Of a stretch of DNA of 64,000 nucleotides, positions 54,062-63,885 are shown piece after piece. The position numbers and the translations under genes are program-made. The notes beneath the pieces are model-generated. The model was not told the DNA's origin. It did not search any database and saw only the letters and a list, made by a program, of their open reading frames with translations. Source of the stretch: a virus (Duplodnaviria; Heunggongvirae; Uroviricota; Caudoviricetes); the IMG/VR virus record IMGVR_UViG_3300045996_000667, positions 27,546 to 91,545 of that record. One strand, 5' to 3'. Within the stretch, counting starts at the first letter, position 1. Each line of letters opens with the position of its first letter.

Positions 54062-54340
54062 TCAAGACTGGAGTGCTGGGCCATCCTCGAGGCCTGTTGT
54101 TTCACTCCTATCCGATAGCTTTAAAGTTAGCATCGAAGCTGGAACTGAGTCGGCGTCTGCCGCCTCCCCCATCGCCAACTTGATACCGGCTACGACGCCA
54201 CGGGCAGCCAAGATGTCATTCTTGCGTTGCTCCATGGCTAGTCGTAGAGCCGCTAGTTCCCTGTCCATTCTGTCGAAGTCGGCACACAGGCCTGCCAGCC
54301 GGTGCTCTGCTTCTTTGCACAATGTGCGAAGTTGTTCCAT
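54062..54340 (-). CDS. hypothetical coiled-coil protein
   Basis: ORF track; palindrome at codons 4-8. Confidence 0.45.
   Translation of the reverse strand: MEQLRTLCKEAEHRLAGLCADFDRMDRELAALRLAMEQRKNDILAARGVVAGIKLAMGEAADADSVPASMLTLKLSDRSETTGLEDGPALQS
54315..54329. repeat. palindrome variant TTGCACAATGTGCGA
   Basis: Codons 4-8 of the minus-strand gene starting at 54340. Confidence 0.85.
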
Positions 54341-54385
54341 CCTATATATGTTACACGTCCTCTGACTTTTCCTTACCCTAACGTA

Positions 54386-54709
54386 TTAGACGTTTGGCAG
54401 GATATTCTCAAGCTGTGCCAGCGCTTGCGCCTGGGTCGCTGCGTCAGCAGCGTTGAATCTGCGCATTAGGTTGCCGGCGAAGTTGTCCCTGTACTGCTGG
54501 ACGAGAATGTCAATAGGTCCTGACAGGACGTCCTGGACGTAATCTTCCAGTTCGACGCCAACGGACGTTGACTTCTGTGCCACGGCTGTGCGCTCCTCGT
54601 CGCTAAGCACGACGGTAACTGAAAGTGGTGTTGTGCTGTTAAAGTTGAAAGTAGCCATTAGATGATGTCGTATTCGATTGTGAGTGAGAGCCAGTCGCCG
54701 GCAGCCCAT
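54386..54709 (-). CDS. hypothetical protein
   Basis: ORF track. Confidence 0.45.
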   Translation of the reverse strand: MGCRRLALTHNRIRHHLMATFNFNSTTPLSVTVVLSDEERTAVAQKSTSVGVELEDYVQDVLSGPIDILVQQYRDNFAGNLMRRFNAADAATQAQALAQLENILPNV

Positions 54710-56427
54710 ATCATTGGGGTGACAGCTGTGATGCCGCCAGCCAGGCCGTTGACGTTAACAGGAGTCACGGTTGTGCTGCTGACGTAGTTGACTGTAGCGC
54801 CGTAGTGTCCAGCAGCGCTGGCGTCATAAATTGTCCCGTAGCCCATGATGTCGGCACCGATAATGTTCGGGACAGACTGGAATGGCAACGAGAACGTATG
54901 GACACCAGACCCTACCGCTGATCCCGCCCCGAAGACGAAGAAGATTTTGGCGATACACGTCTTGCCTATTAGCGTGTATTTGCCACTAACGGTAGAGGCA
55001 CCGATAGTGTTGGCCGTTCCGGTGTTGCCCCACGTTGGCGTGTAAGACGTCCAGTTACCCATCGGCACCGTGCGTGTGCGCTCGTAGATTTCACCCGCAA
55101 TAGATACTCTAAACTGAGATACCGGTGTCCTCGGGTTCGTGCCTGCCGTGGCGTTGTATACAGAGAGTCCTGACAGCCTGTTCGCGCTAACGATTAGGCC
55201 GTTCTGCGACGTGTCATCTAGGTTCCAGTTTGTGCCATCGAATGCGATGTTGTAGGTAGTGTCGAACTGGCCAGCAACTGATAGCGCCATGCGTCCGGAT
55301 CCGCCGGATCCGCTGGTGAGCTGAAACTCAGGGCGAATCCTCGTGACCTTCACGTTACCTAGGAGACTGAGAAGTCCTGTCGACCTGTTTAGCGTTAGGA
55401 GCGATGATGGCGAAGCAAAACTGTCATCCAGTGTCCTGATTGACAGAATCTGAGACTCAGTCTGAATGTCCCAGTTCTTTAGGCCCACGCCCTGGTCTGT
55501 TTCGCTGAACCTCAGCGCTGGTGCCGTGGCCGAAATAGTCGTGGCAGGTCCTGACGGAGTGACCATGTCCTCAAACGTGCTGCCATCGTTAGAGAACTGC
55601 CACCTTGACGTGCTGACGTTGTATCTCAGCTCTGGTGTGTTAGACGCTTGGTTAGCCCTGAGTCGCTTCGTTGTCGCTGATGCAGTCGTTCCGAGTGTCA
55701 GGCTGTCGGCAGCTGTTGACATTACAGAACCAGTTGGCAGGTAGTTGGCGAGTGCCTGGCCCCTAGACGCCTGCACAAATGTCCCGATCTGGGCCGTCGG
55801 AAGGTTTGGAACTGACCAGTAGTTGTACCAATACCCAGACTTGTGGTTGACTGGCTTAGACGTGTCTGTCGGATCGGGGTCATACTCGACGTAGTATGCT
55901 ACGCCTGACGGTGATGCTCCGACAGTCGCGTAGACACTCTGGTTGATATACCCACCCGTCGTATTGACCGTTGGTAGCGCACCAGACGGTGCGAGTCCTG
56001 TATCTGCGTATGACGTCGATGATGTCGTGGCGATGAGCAGTTCAGAACCAGCCGTCCTGCCATAAACACGGTACTGGGCCGCTCCGGTTACGGCACTCCA
56101 CGAGACGAGGTTATAGTTCGACCCGCTGAGCGTGGCGTTGCCGTTGCTAATAGAAACAGTATCGCTAGGAGTGGTGTAGTTCCCGTCAGCGTCAACAGCA
56201 ACAACCCTGTATCCGTAAGACGTAGATCCAGCTACCCCTACAACAGACACTGACACATCTGACGGTGCTGACAGCGTTGTTAGGTCGATAACCACTGGAA
56301 CAGGCGCCACCTTGGTTCCGTCGACACTAATGATATCCTGCTGCAGCGTCAGCGTCAGGCGGCCAGTCTTTATCTTCGCACCGATCGCGTTGTATACGTA
56401 TCCGACAATCTGTGTCAGTGTTGCCAT
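54658..56427 (-). CDS. minor tail protein (Ig/FN3-like beta-rich)
   Basis: 589 aa directly downstream of the tape-measure gene; ATGA-type coupling at 56427. Confidence 0.55.
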   Translation of the reverse strand: MATLTQIVGYVYNAIGAKIKTGRLTLTLQQDIISVDGTKVAPVPVVIDLTTLSAPSDVSVSVVGVAGSTSYGYRVVAVDADGNYTTPSDTVSISNGNATLSGSNYNLVSWSAVTGAAQYRVYGRTAGSELLIATTSSTSYADTGLAPSGALPTVNTTGGYINQSVYATVGASPSGVAYYVEYDPDPTDTSKPVNHKSGYWYNYWSVPNLPTAQIGTFVQASRGQALANYLPTGSVMSTAADSLTLGTTASATTKRLRANQASNTPELRYNVSTSRWQFSNDGSTFEDMVTPSGPATTISATAPALRFSETDQGVGLKNWDIQTESQILSIRTLDDSFASPSSLLTLNRSTGLLSLLGNVKVTRIRPEFQLTSGSGGSGRMALSVAGQFDTTYNIAFDGTNWNLDDTSQNGLIVSANRLSGLSVYNATAGTNPRTPVSQFRVSIAGEIYERTRTVPMGNWTSYTPTWGNTGTANTIGASTVSGKYTLIGKTCIAKIFFVFGAGSAVGSGVHTFSLPFQSVPNIIGADIMGYGTIYDASAAGHYGATVNYVSSTTVTPVNVNGLAGGITAVTPMIWAAGDWLSLTIEYDII

Positions 56428-59400
56428 TAACTTAGTCCCTGTCTCTCTGCTCTGGTCATCGCCTCACCGGTCCCAAGATTCGTGTTGCCTCCACGGCCTC
56501 CCCTTGGTCCACCACCGCCAGGCGCTGGTCCACGGCCAGAGCCTCCACCATTGGATCCACCAGATCCACCTGTATTATTTGTAGTGTTGCTGGTGTTGAT
56601 ATTGATGTCACCGATCTGCACACGAATCTGTGGGAATCCAGGCGGCGGATTGAAGATGATGCCCTCACCGTTCTCTACGATGGCGTCGATGAGGTCCTGC
56701 ACTTCTTTCCACTTTTCGACACGATCCTGGGCCTGCTTCAGTTGAAGTCTGCCCATCTTCTCTTCGAGGTCGTATCTGTTTCCAGATATGTCAAAGATGG
56801 AGCCTTCAATGTCTCGAATCTGCTCAGCGTATTTCAGTCGAATGTTGTTCAGCTTCAACTGCTCGTTCAGCTTGTCGACCTGCTTATCGAGTTCTGTGTA
56901 TTCCTTCTGAAGAGACTTCAGTCGCTTTTCCTGGTTCTTCCTGAGCTCTTCCTCTTCCTCAGCAAAGTCGACCCTCTTCTCCTCTGCGAGCTGATCACGC
57001 AGGTCCGACAGCTCGTCCCTTGCCTTGTTGCGGGCGTCAGTGATCTCCCTAGCTTTTGTTACGGCGATAGATTCCTGAGCCTCAAGGACGCCGCGCCGAC
57101 GAATCTCTGCCTCATCGAGCAGCGCCTGACGCATGACGTCACGGATCTTGTCCTCGATTTCGAGGATCTTCTTGGCGTGATCCTCGCGCTTCTCGCTGAA
57201 CTCGGCCCACTCCTCCTCGTTCTCCTTGGCGAGTTCTGCGGCTTCCTCGTCCAGTGCCAAGCGGCGCTCCGCTGTGTCGGCTAGCTGCTCATACAGTCCA
57301 GCCTGCTCTTCGATCAAGTCTAGGACCTTGAAAGCCGATGACAGTGCGTCAGCGTTGAAACTGTCCATCTGGCTGACCAAGTTCTTCTTGGCGCTATTGA
57401 GTGTAAGGTTAAACATGTCTGCGACGTTGCGCAGAGCTTCGTTATACTCCTTTGACCCGTATTCAAACGTCGCAAGATATTCCTTTGTCGTCGCCTCAAG
57501 ATCGAACAGCATCCTAGCGAAGTCGGCATACGGGCCGTCTCCGATATTGAGGTCCCGCAGTTTTTCATCGAAGCTCTTGCGAACCTGCTCGATGCGCTTC
57601 TGCACCTCCTCGAGCTGCTGGTCGAACTGTGGCAGCATCTCCTTCAAAGCTGCCCTACCAGACTTGCTGCTTGAGAAACGCCTGACAGCCGCCGCGCGCT
57701 CTGCCTCTAGACGACGCTGCGCGTCTGCTAGTCCAATCACGCCGTTCCCTAGGGCCTTGGTAACCTCGTTGATGCTTTCGCTCATCGATTCCTTGGCCTT
57801 CTCGACGGCGCGGGTATACAGCGCAGTGGCAATCGAGATGGCTGCGCCGGCACCCAAGAACGCGCCGCCAATGGCTGCGCTCAAACCGGTCGCCGCGCCG
57901 TCCTTCATGCCTAGGCCCCCTGAGAACGCTGACAGGAAGCCTGTTCCGCCTGATAGGCCTGCCGCCTTGGCCTTGGCCATGGCACCACGGACAGAGTCGA
58001 CAGTGCCGGCGAACTGATTCGCCAGTCCCATCGCCTGATTGAAGCCCTGCGCTATGTTCGTCATAACGCCGGTACCATCCACGTCAAGCGTTGCCAGTGA
58101 GTTGGCAACGTCTCCCAGCGCGGCCGTCAGGCCACGAGCTGCCACCATCGCCCGGGTCGCCGTGTCTTCCAGCGACTCCAGGTGAGAGTTGATCTCCCTG
58201 ATACGAGAGGCATACTGAGCCAGCCTTGACGGATCCCTTTCAAGGGTCATCAACTGTGTCAGGCCTGCACGCTCTGACCTTAGTGCCGCGATCTGATCAG
58301 CGTCGTTCTGGCGTGTCGACTCTGCATACTGAGCCACGGACAGACGACCAGTCGCGAACTGGCGGTCCAGTCGTTCCTGGTTGGCTGTCAGGTCGTTCAC
58401 CTGATTGTTGTAGACTTCGACGTCCTTGGTGAGCTGGCGATAAGCCTTCGCGCTCTCAACCACGTCGCGCAGCTGCTGCGTAAGCTTCTGGCCTTCTCCG
58501 CGCTCCTTTAGGCCGGCGAACTGGCGCTCAATCGTCTCGATCAGGTTCTGGATCTGAGTCTCGACTTTCTCCTCTGAGTCTCCGAAGATGGTGGCAAGCA
58601 AGCCGTCCACGTCGTTCTGTGCACTGATGCGTAGACGTGCGAGGGCGGCCTGACGTCCGCTCTCGTCAGCGCCAACCCTGAAGTTCAGGAGAGTGTTGGC
58701 TGTCTGGGCCTCAGTTCTGCGAGCCTCGATGCCGGCCCGGTACTCAGTACCCTTCTTCTTGGCTTCTGCTTCTGTTAGTGGATTCTTGCCTGAACGCCAA
58801 ATCTTGTTGACGTGCTCGTCTAGGTCCTCCTCCATCTTGTCGTACATCCGCATCTGTGTGTCGATGCGTTCACGCTGGATGGCGAGGATGTTCATCTGCA
58901 TTTCCTCCTCGCTGATCAGCTCATTCTTGCGCATGATCTGCTGCTGCTCTTCGAGCAGTTCTAGAACTGACAGGGCCTGCTTTAGCCTCTCATCCCACTG
59001 ATTAGTCCATGACCGGTCTGTTCGCGTCTCGTCCTCTGGCTCCTGAGGCCTAGGCATAATGCTGGACGGAGTCTCCGCAGCTCGCCTTGCCGCAGCATGC
59101 GCAGCGACAGCTGCTTTATAGCCTAGGAACTGGCTGAGATTCTTCTGCAGACCCAGCGCGATCTGGTCTGCTCGTGTAGCCTCTTGTAGCTTTCCTAGTA
59201 CGTCTGCTCCTATCTCGCCGCCTGTAGCAGCCTGCTGTAGCTTGGCTTCCTCTGCTTCCTTGTACAGTTGCCTAGCCTTTTCGCGCACTGCTTCTGCGGT
59301 GGATATCCACTGGTTCTCTGACTGAAGAATAAGCTTCAGTTCGTTGAAGTATCCAGTGGCAAGTTCCTTCTGCTCTTCAAGGGCCTCAATCCTAGCGGCG

Positions 59401-62258
59401 GCCTTCTTTCTCTCGGCGTCAGACAGGGTTCCGCTCTCAAGCTCCTTGTATAGCTTCGTCTGCTCCTGAATGAGCCTAGCCCATCCGTCTGGACCACCAA
59501 TTGTTTTGTTTAGCAGTTCACTTGTTACGTTAGCGCCCTGACCGAAGGTAGCTCTAAGGGCGTTTGCTCTGGTTATCGGATCTTCACTATTAAGGTTCTT
59601 GGCGTTCTTGGCAGCGGCGTCAAAGACTCGGCCCTGAGCCACAAGCGCCTGAGCCTCGGCGGCCGCCTTGGCGGCTTCCTTGACTTCGATGTAGCGGCTG
59701 ATGAGGAATCCGAGGCCAGCAACGGCGACAGCGATGACACCGCCTATCGCCATGTTCTTAAGCGTTCCTAGGAACATGGATCCCGCCGAATTCGCCGCAG
59801 TCTGCGCGGCTGTCAACTGGCCCGTCGCCTGAGTGAGCAGGCCGAGTTTAACGGCTAGGTTCTGGACGACGCCAACAACGATCTGGCCGGACTTCAGGAG
59901 GTCCGTATACCAGCCACCCAGTCCCCTCATCTTCTGGAAGGCTGCCACAACTAGGGCTAGCTTTGCCAGTGTGATAATGGTAGCAGAATTCTGGGCCGCG
60001 AACGTGGTCATCTTCACCATGACGGTGACCACGCCCTGCGCGAATTCCATCAGCGCCCGAGTGCCGTTCGCTATGCCACGCACCCACACCTGGACGTCCT
60101 TGCCGCCCTGTCCGACTAGGTGTTTGCCAAACTCTGTCAGGTCTGCTGTGACTTCGCGCATCGAGCCGCGAATGACAGCGAACATGAACTCGACGTCTTC
60201 CTTTAGTTTTAGTGTGTCTGAGTTGTCCTTGTCGAACAGAAGACCCTGAATACCGCCCTTGCCATTTGAGCCTGTCATGGCCCGCTTGAACAGGTCTACG
60301 AACGGTCCCGTAAACTGGGCACCCACCATGCCCATGAATTCCTTGAACGACTCCTTCATCGCTCCGAAGGTCTTCGCGGCGCGATCGCCAACCTTGGCGT
60401 ATGAGTCTAGGGCTGCTTCAACGACCTTGAAGCGGGTAGCTGAGTTCTTTAGGTCATCGCTGTCAAGACCAAGCGCTGCAACCAGTCGGTTGCGCGTAAG
60501 CACACGTCCCTGTAGCAGGGCGAGCACGGCGGTGCGGGCGTCCTGAAATGGAACCTTAAGCAGCGAGGCTGCGATGGCTGTAGATTTGGTGAGGTGCTGG
60601 GCTTCTTCAAGACCGCCGCCTAGGCGTGAGATCTGCGGCAGGATGGACACGTAGATGTCCATAAGGTCCTGCGTAGAACCGACGACCGACAGCGCGGCGC
60701 GCTGCATGACCGACCACTGCTCGTTGGCGACACCCTGCAGGATATTGAGGCTGGCCGCCCCTTCGACAAGCTGGCCCTGAGCATCCTTAATCTTGAAATG
60801 CTCGTTCAAGCTGGCAGAGAGGGCAAGCTTCTGCAGTTCTGACTGTTCTAGGAACTGGAAGCCAGCGACCACCACTGACTTGATGGCCATCTCAATGGCC
60901 TGGGTGGTATCCCTAACAAGGCGGAAGAAGATTAGCCACTTGGCCATGAGGCTGACAGACCGTGTCAGCTCGTCGCCAATACCACGCTTCGTCTTGAGTA
61001 GTTTCTTCGCCTCGCTGTCAGCGTCTGCTAGGTTCTTCCTGACATGAGCTGCCTGGGTTTTGGCATTACGGAGAGCCTCTTCAACCTTAGCAATCTCGTT
61101 CTTGTTCAGACCCCTGCCAGGAGCGCCTAGGAACTGGTCAGAACCCTTTAGGCCGATAGACGCAGGGGCGACGTTGGCGCGCTCTGCCTGGCCCTGGAGG
61201 CGATTGAACACACGGGTAGCGGCCTGCTCCTTTTCCTTCTGCCTCTCAAGGAAGCGGGCGTGTGACCGCGCGCTGGCGGCGTCTAGCTTGTTCTCGCGGT
61301 CTATTGCACGTTCGCTGGCAGCCTTCTCGCGGCGCTCCTTCTGCTCGAGCTTGTCGAACATGTCGGAGGCATACTTCTGACCGGCGCGCTGCCGCCTCGC
61401 CTCTGCCTCTTCCTGCTTGCGAATCGACTCCAGCGCCTTCTGGTGGGCGACTTCGACCCCACGGCGCTCCTTGGCAATCGCGGCGTTCTCGGCTTCCTTG
61501 GCGTCCGTGATGAGACGCATACGAGCGATCTGCTCGTCCAGAAGCTTGACGTGCTGAGTCTCTGCGAGGCCCCTGCTGCGGGCGTTCTCCATCTCGGCCT
61601 TGCGAGATGTCTCCAGCATCTGGAGCTTCGCCCGTGAGGCCTTCTCGTATTCCTCGACCAGTCTGCGGATATCACCAACGCGCTCTGGGTTCAGGAACTC
61701 CGCGCCGGGCGATCCGTCCTTCTTCATCGAGCGAGAGATGAGGAAGTCCTCGTTCAGACCCATGCCTCGGGCCTGCATGTCGCTCTGGATTAGCGTGCGC
61801 GCAGAGGCACCCAGTCGGCTGATGCGAGCCTCGTAGGCGCGAACGGTGGCGTTGAACTGGGCGTCTAGACGGGAAGTGATCTCGCGCAGCTGCGCCGAGG
61901 CGACGTTAGCGCCGGCGGTAGCACCTGACGAGATGGCCTTGCTGATAGTCTGGCTGACGTTCTGACCACTGCGAGAAGCTGCCTGCTCGATGGCCTTGAA
62001 CGCTGTGCTCGATTCCTTGAGGGAGTCGGTAATCTGCTTACCGACCTTGCGGAATTCTGAGGCGATGTGACCGGATGTCTCTCTGAATCCAGTACGAAGC
62101 GTCGTCTGGAGAGACATAAACTGCTTCAGGTCAATCTTGACCCGAATGCCCTGGCTAAGGGTCTTGTCGATATCCTTGAACTGGTCTTTGACCTGCTTGA
62201 GGCCGTTTACGAGCTTGCTTACGTCTGCGCCAATCTCGTAAACTGTCTTCTTAGCCAT
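56427..62258 (-). CDS. tail tape-measure protein
   Basis: 1943 aa, long coiled-coil/alpha-helical sequence, Gly-rich C-terminal 'GGSGGSNGGGSGRGPAPGGGGPRGGRGG'. Confidence 0.85.
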   Translation of the reverse strand: MAKKTVYEIGADVSKLVNGLKQVKDQFKDIDKTLSQGIRVKIDLKQFMSLQTTLRTGFRETSGHIASEFRKVGKQITDSLKESSTAFKAIEQAASRSGQNVSQTISKAISSGATAGANVASAQLREITSRLDAQFNATVRAYEARISRLGASARTLIQSDMQARGMGLNEDFLISRSMKKDGSPGAEFLNPERVGDIRRLVEEYEKASRAKLQMLETSRKAEMENARSRGLAETQHVKLLDEQIARMRLITDAKEAENAAIAKERRGVEVAHQKALESIRKQEEAEARRQRAGQKYASDMFDKLEQKERREKAASERAIDRENKLDAASARSHARFLERQKEKEQAATRVFNRLQGQAERANVAPASIGLKGSDQFLGAPGRGLNKNEIAKVEEALRNAKTQAAHVRKNLADADSEAKKLLKTKRGIGDELTRSVSLMAKWLIFFRLVRDTTQAIEMAIKSVVVAGFQFLEQSELQKLALSASLNEHFKIKDAQGQLVEGAASLNILQGVANEQWSVMQRAALSVVGSTQDLMDIYVSILPQISRLGGGLEEAQHLTKSTAIAASLLKVPFQDARTAVLALLQGRVLTRNRLVAALGLDSDDLKNSATRFKVVEAALDSYAKVGDRAAKTFGAMKESFKEFMGMVGAQFTGPFVDLFKRAMTGSNGKGGIQGLLFDKDNSDTLKLKEDVEFMFAVIRGSMREVTADLTEFGKHLVGQGGKDVQVWVRGIANGTRALMEFAQGVVTVMVKMTTFAAQNSATIITLAKLALVVAAFQKMRGLGGWYTDLLKSGQIVVGVVQNLAVKLGLLTQATGQLTAAQTAANSAGSMFLGTLKNMAIGGVIAVAVAGLGFLISRYIEVKEAAKAAAEAQALVAQGRVFDAAAKNAKNLNSEDPITRANALRATFGQGANVTSELLNKTIGGPDGWARLIQEQTKLYKELESGTLSDAERKKAAARIEALEEQKELATGYFNELKLILQSENQWISTAEAVREKARQLYKEAEEAKLQQAATGGEIGADVLGKLQEATRADQIALGLQKNLSQFLGYKAAVAAHAAARRAAETPSSIMPRPQEPEDETRTDRSWTNQWDERLKQALSVLELLEEQQQIMRKNELISEEEMQMNILAIQRERIDTQMRMYDKMEEDLDEHVNKIWRSGKNPLTEAEAKKKGTEYRAGIEARRTEAQTANTLLNFRVGADESGRQAALARLRISAQNDVDGLLATIFGDSEEKVETQIQNLIETIERQFAGLKERGEGQKLTQQLRDVVESAKAYRQLTKDVEVYNNQVNDLTANQERLDRQFATGRLSVAQYAESTRQNDADQIAALRSERAGLTQLMTLERDPSRLAQYASRIREINSHLESLEDTATRAMVAARGLTAALGDVANSLATLDVDGTGVMTNIAQGFNQAMGLANQFAGTVDSVRGAMAKAKAAGLSGGTGFLSAFSGGLGMKDGAATGLSAAIGGAFLGAGAAISIATALYTRAVEKAKESMSESINEVTKALGNGVIGLADAQRRLEAERAAAVRRFSSSKSGRAALKEMLPQFDQQLEEVQKRIEQVRKSFDEKLRDLNIGDGPYADFARMLFDLEATTKEYLATFEYGSKEYNEALRNVADMFNLTLNSAKKNLVSQMDSFNADALSSAFKVLDLIEEQAGLYEQLADTAERRLALDEEAAELAKENEEEWAEFSEKREDHAKKILEIEDKIRDVMRQALLDEAEIRRRGVLEAQESIAVTKAREITDARNKARDELSDLRDQLAEEKRVDFAEEEEELRKNQEKRLKSLQKEYTELDKQVDKLNEQLKLNNIRLKYAEQIRDIEGSIFDISGNRYDLEEKMGRLQLKQAQDRVEKWKEVQDLIDAIVENGEGIIFNPPPGFPQIRVQIGDININTSNTTNNTGGSGGSNGGGSGRGPAPGGGGPRGGRGGNTNLGTGEAMTRAERQGLS

Positions 62259-62267
62259 TAGACCTCG

Positions 62268-62909
62268 CTACTTTGCCAGTTCAATTCCCCACGCATCTTT
62301 CAGGTGGGGTGTGGTGTCGTCGTCGTTGATAAACCCGTCACGATCTAGTCGGTCCTGAACGGGTGTGGCTTCCCTGATGGCCAGCAAGAGGAGCCTGAGG
62401 TGGCCGTTGATTACCTGCCTGATTTCCTGTCGCGTGGGCAGTGTGTCTTCGTCGTTGTCGAGCTCCTGTAGCGCGTTCCAGAGCAGGTTCTCGACTTGCG
62501 CAATCGTCTTTCGGATAAAGCCTCTGGAGAGATTGCCAGGGTGCCTAACCCACTTCCGAACTACAACCCTGCCCTGCCTTGAGTCGTAGTAGACCAACCG
62601 CTTAGCCCTACGAGGCTCGATCCGATACCAGGAACTGTGATACTTAGGACTGGGAATGTCTTCTGGGATACTGAGGACAATGTCGCCAGGCTTGTTAGGG
62701 GTAGGGTCTGAGGTGCGGGGGCTGGAGCCGTATTCCAAGATGACCCAGTAGTCGTGGCCCTGCACGGTAAGACCGCCACGAACAATGGGGACTGTCTTAC
62801 CGCCGTATTCCTCACTATCACCCTGCTGGAGGTCGCGCAGGACCTTTTCCAGCTCCTCGCCAATCCTGTCTCCCTTTCCTCGAAAGGTGACCTTCCCTGT
62901 CAGTTCCAT
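62268..62909 (-). CDS. hypothetical tail-region protein
   Basis: TAATG coupling to the upstream gene. Confidence 0.5.
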   Translation of the reverse strand: MELTGKVTFRGKGDRIGEELEKVLRDLQQGDSEEYGGKTVPIVRGGLTVQGHDYWVILEYGSSPRTSDPTPNKPGDIVLSIPEDIPSPKYHSSWYRIEPRRAKRLVYYDSRQGRVVVRKWVRHPGNLSRGFIRKTIAQVENLLWNALQELDNDEDTLPTRQEIRQVINGHLRLLLLAIREATPVQDRLDRDGFINDDDTTPHLKDAWGIELAK

Positions 62910-63103
62910 TAGATGGGCATGGCTTGATAGGCCATGTACTCCTCTGTTGTGAGCTGATCGATAGGCTTACCGTTGAACAGTGGCATCTCAGCCACGTTGT
63001 CGGTAAACGTCTGTTCGCCCTTGGCTCGGCGGCTCTCAACGGCTGCGTCGAGGCGCTTCTTATTGATCCAGGCGGCGTGCTGCATCATGATGATTTGCGG
63101 CAT
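62909..63103 (-). CDS. hypothetical small protein
   Basis: ORF track. Confidence 0.45.
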   Translation of the reverse strand: MPQIIMMQHAAWINKKRLDAAVESRRAKGEQTFTDNVAEMPLFNGKPIDQLTTEEYMAYQAMPI

Positions 63104-63159
63104 CGTGAGCCGCAGGCACTGCTCGTAGGACCAGTGGTAGGTCTGGGCGAAGTTATCGA

Positions 63160-63693
63160 TTAGGATGCAGGCGTTTCCTCGGCTGTCGTATCCGTAGGTT
63201 CTGTCGGAAGTGTCGTCGGCAGAAGCTCCTCGATCGCCTTGCCGAGACGTGGAAAAAAATCCGCGAACTCTTGGACAATCTGGTTGTGCTTAATCTGCAT
63301 CAGGACGACTTCGAGCAGCGCCTGCGGACGGTGGCCAAGACGCTTGACCTCGTCAATCTTGATCTTGGGTTCCGACATCTTGCAGCAGAGCCACGCCATC
63401 TTCGGCAGCTCCTTGCCAGCAAGCTTCAGGATTGCGCCGAAGTCTAGGCTCATGGGGTCGAACCCTAGCTTCAGTTCGCCGCCTTCGTTGCTCACGTTGA
63501 AGGCGTTGTAACACTCAGAGATGATTGGGCGGGCCAGCTCGCAAAACTCGATGTACGCGTCGTAGTCGAGGTCCATCATCTCGAAGGTCTTTGACTCTCC
63601 GGTACGAGGGTTTGAGAGCGTAAAGGTTCCGACCGGTTCGTTTCGGCGGGCGCGGGCGATATCAGATACTGTTAGACTCATGGTGGTTTGCAC
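63160..63693 (-). CDS. putative tail assembly chaperone (start either GTG at 63693 or ATG at 63681)
   Basis: Position upstream of the tape-measure gene; acidic C-terminus; palindrome sits at or just upstream of the start. Confidence 0.4.
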   Translation of the reverse strand: MQTTMSLTVSDIARARRNEPVGTFTLSNPRTGESKTFEMMDLDYDAYIEFCELARPIISECYNAFNVSNEGGELKLGFDPMSLDFGAILKLAGKELPKMAWLCCKMSEPKIKIDEVKRLGHRPQALLEVVLMQIKHNQIVQEFADFFPRLGKAIEELLPTTLPTEPTDTTAEETPAS

Positions 63694-63702
63694 AATGTGC
63701 GA
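63688..63702. repeat. palindrome variant TTGCACAATGTGCGA
   Basis: 7 nt upstream of the ATG at 63681 on the minus strand. Confidence 0.85.
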
Positions 63703-63822
63703 ACAGTGGGCCGAACACCGCTCGAGACAGAGATAGCTCTATTCTCAGATTAGCAGCGGCTAACGCAGTGAATTGATTGGGATTAGCTAAGTAGTGACAG
63801 GACTGTCAGTTGCTGGGCGGAA

Positions 63823-63860
63823 AAAGAAAAAGGGCTGACCTGCTCGTACCAGGCCAGCCC
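63823..63860 (-). terminator. Rho-independent terminator on the minus strand
   Basis: Minus strand reads GGGCTGGCCTGG-tacgag-CAGGTCAGCCC then TTTTTCTTTTTCC, directly after a gene ending at 63886. Confidence 0.7.
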
Positions 63861-63885
63861 TATCAGTTGGTTGTCAGCCGAATAA

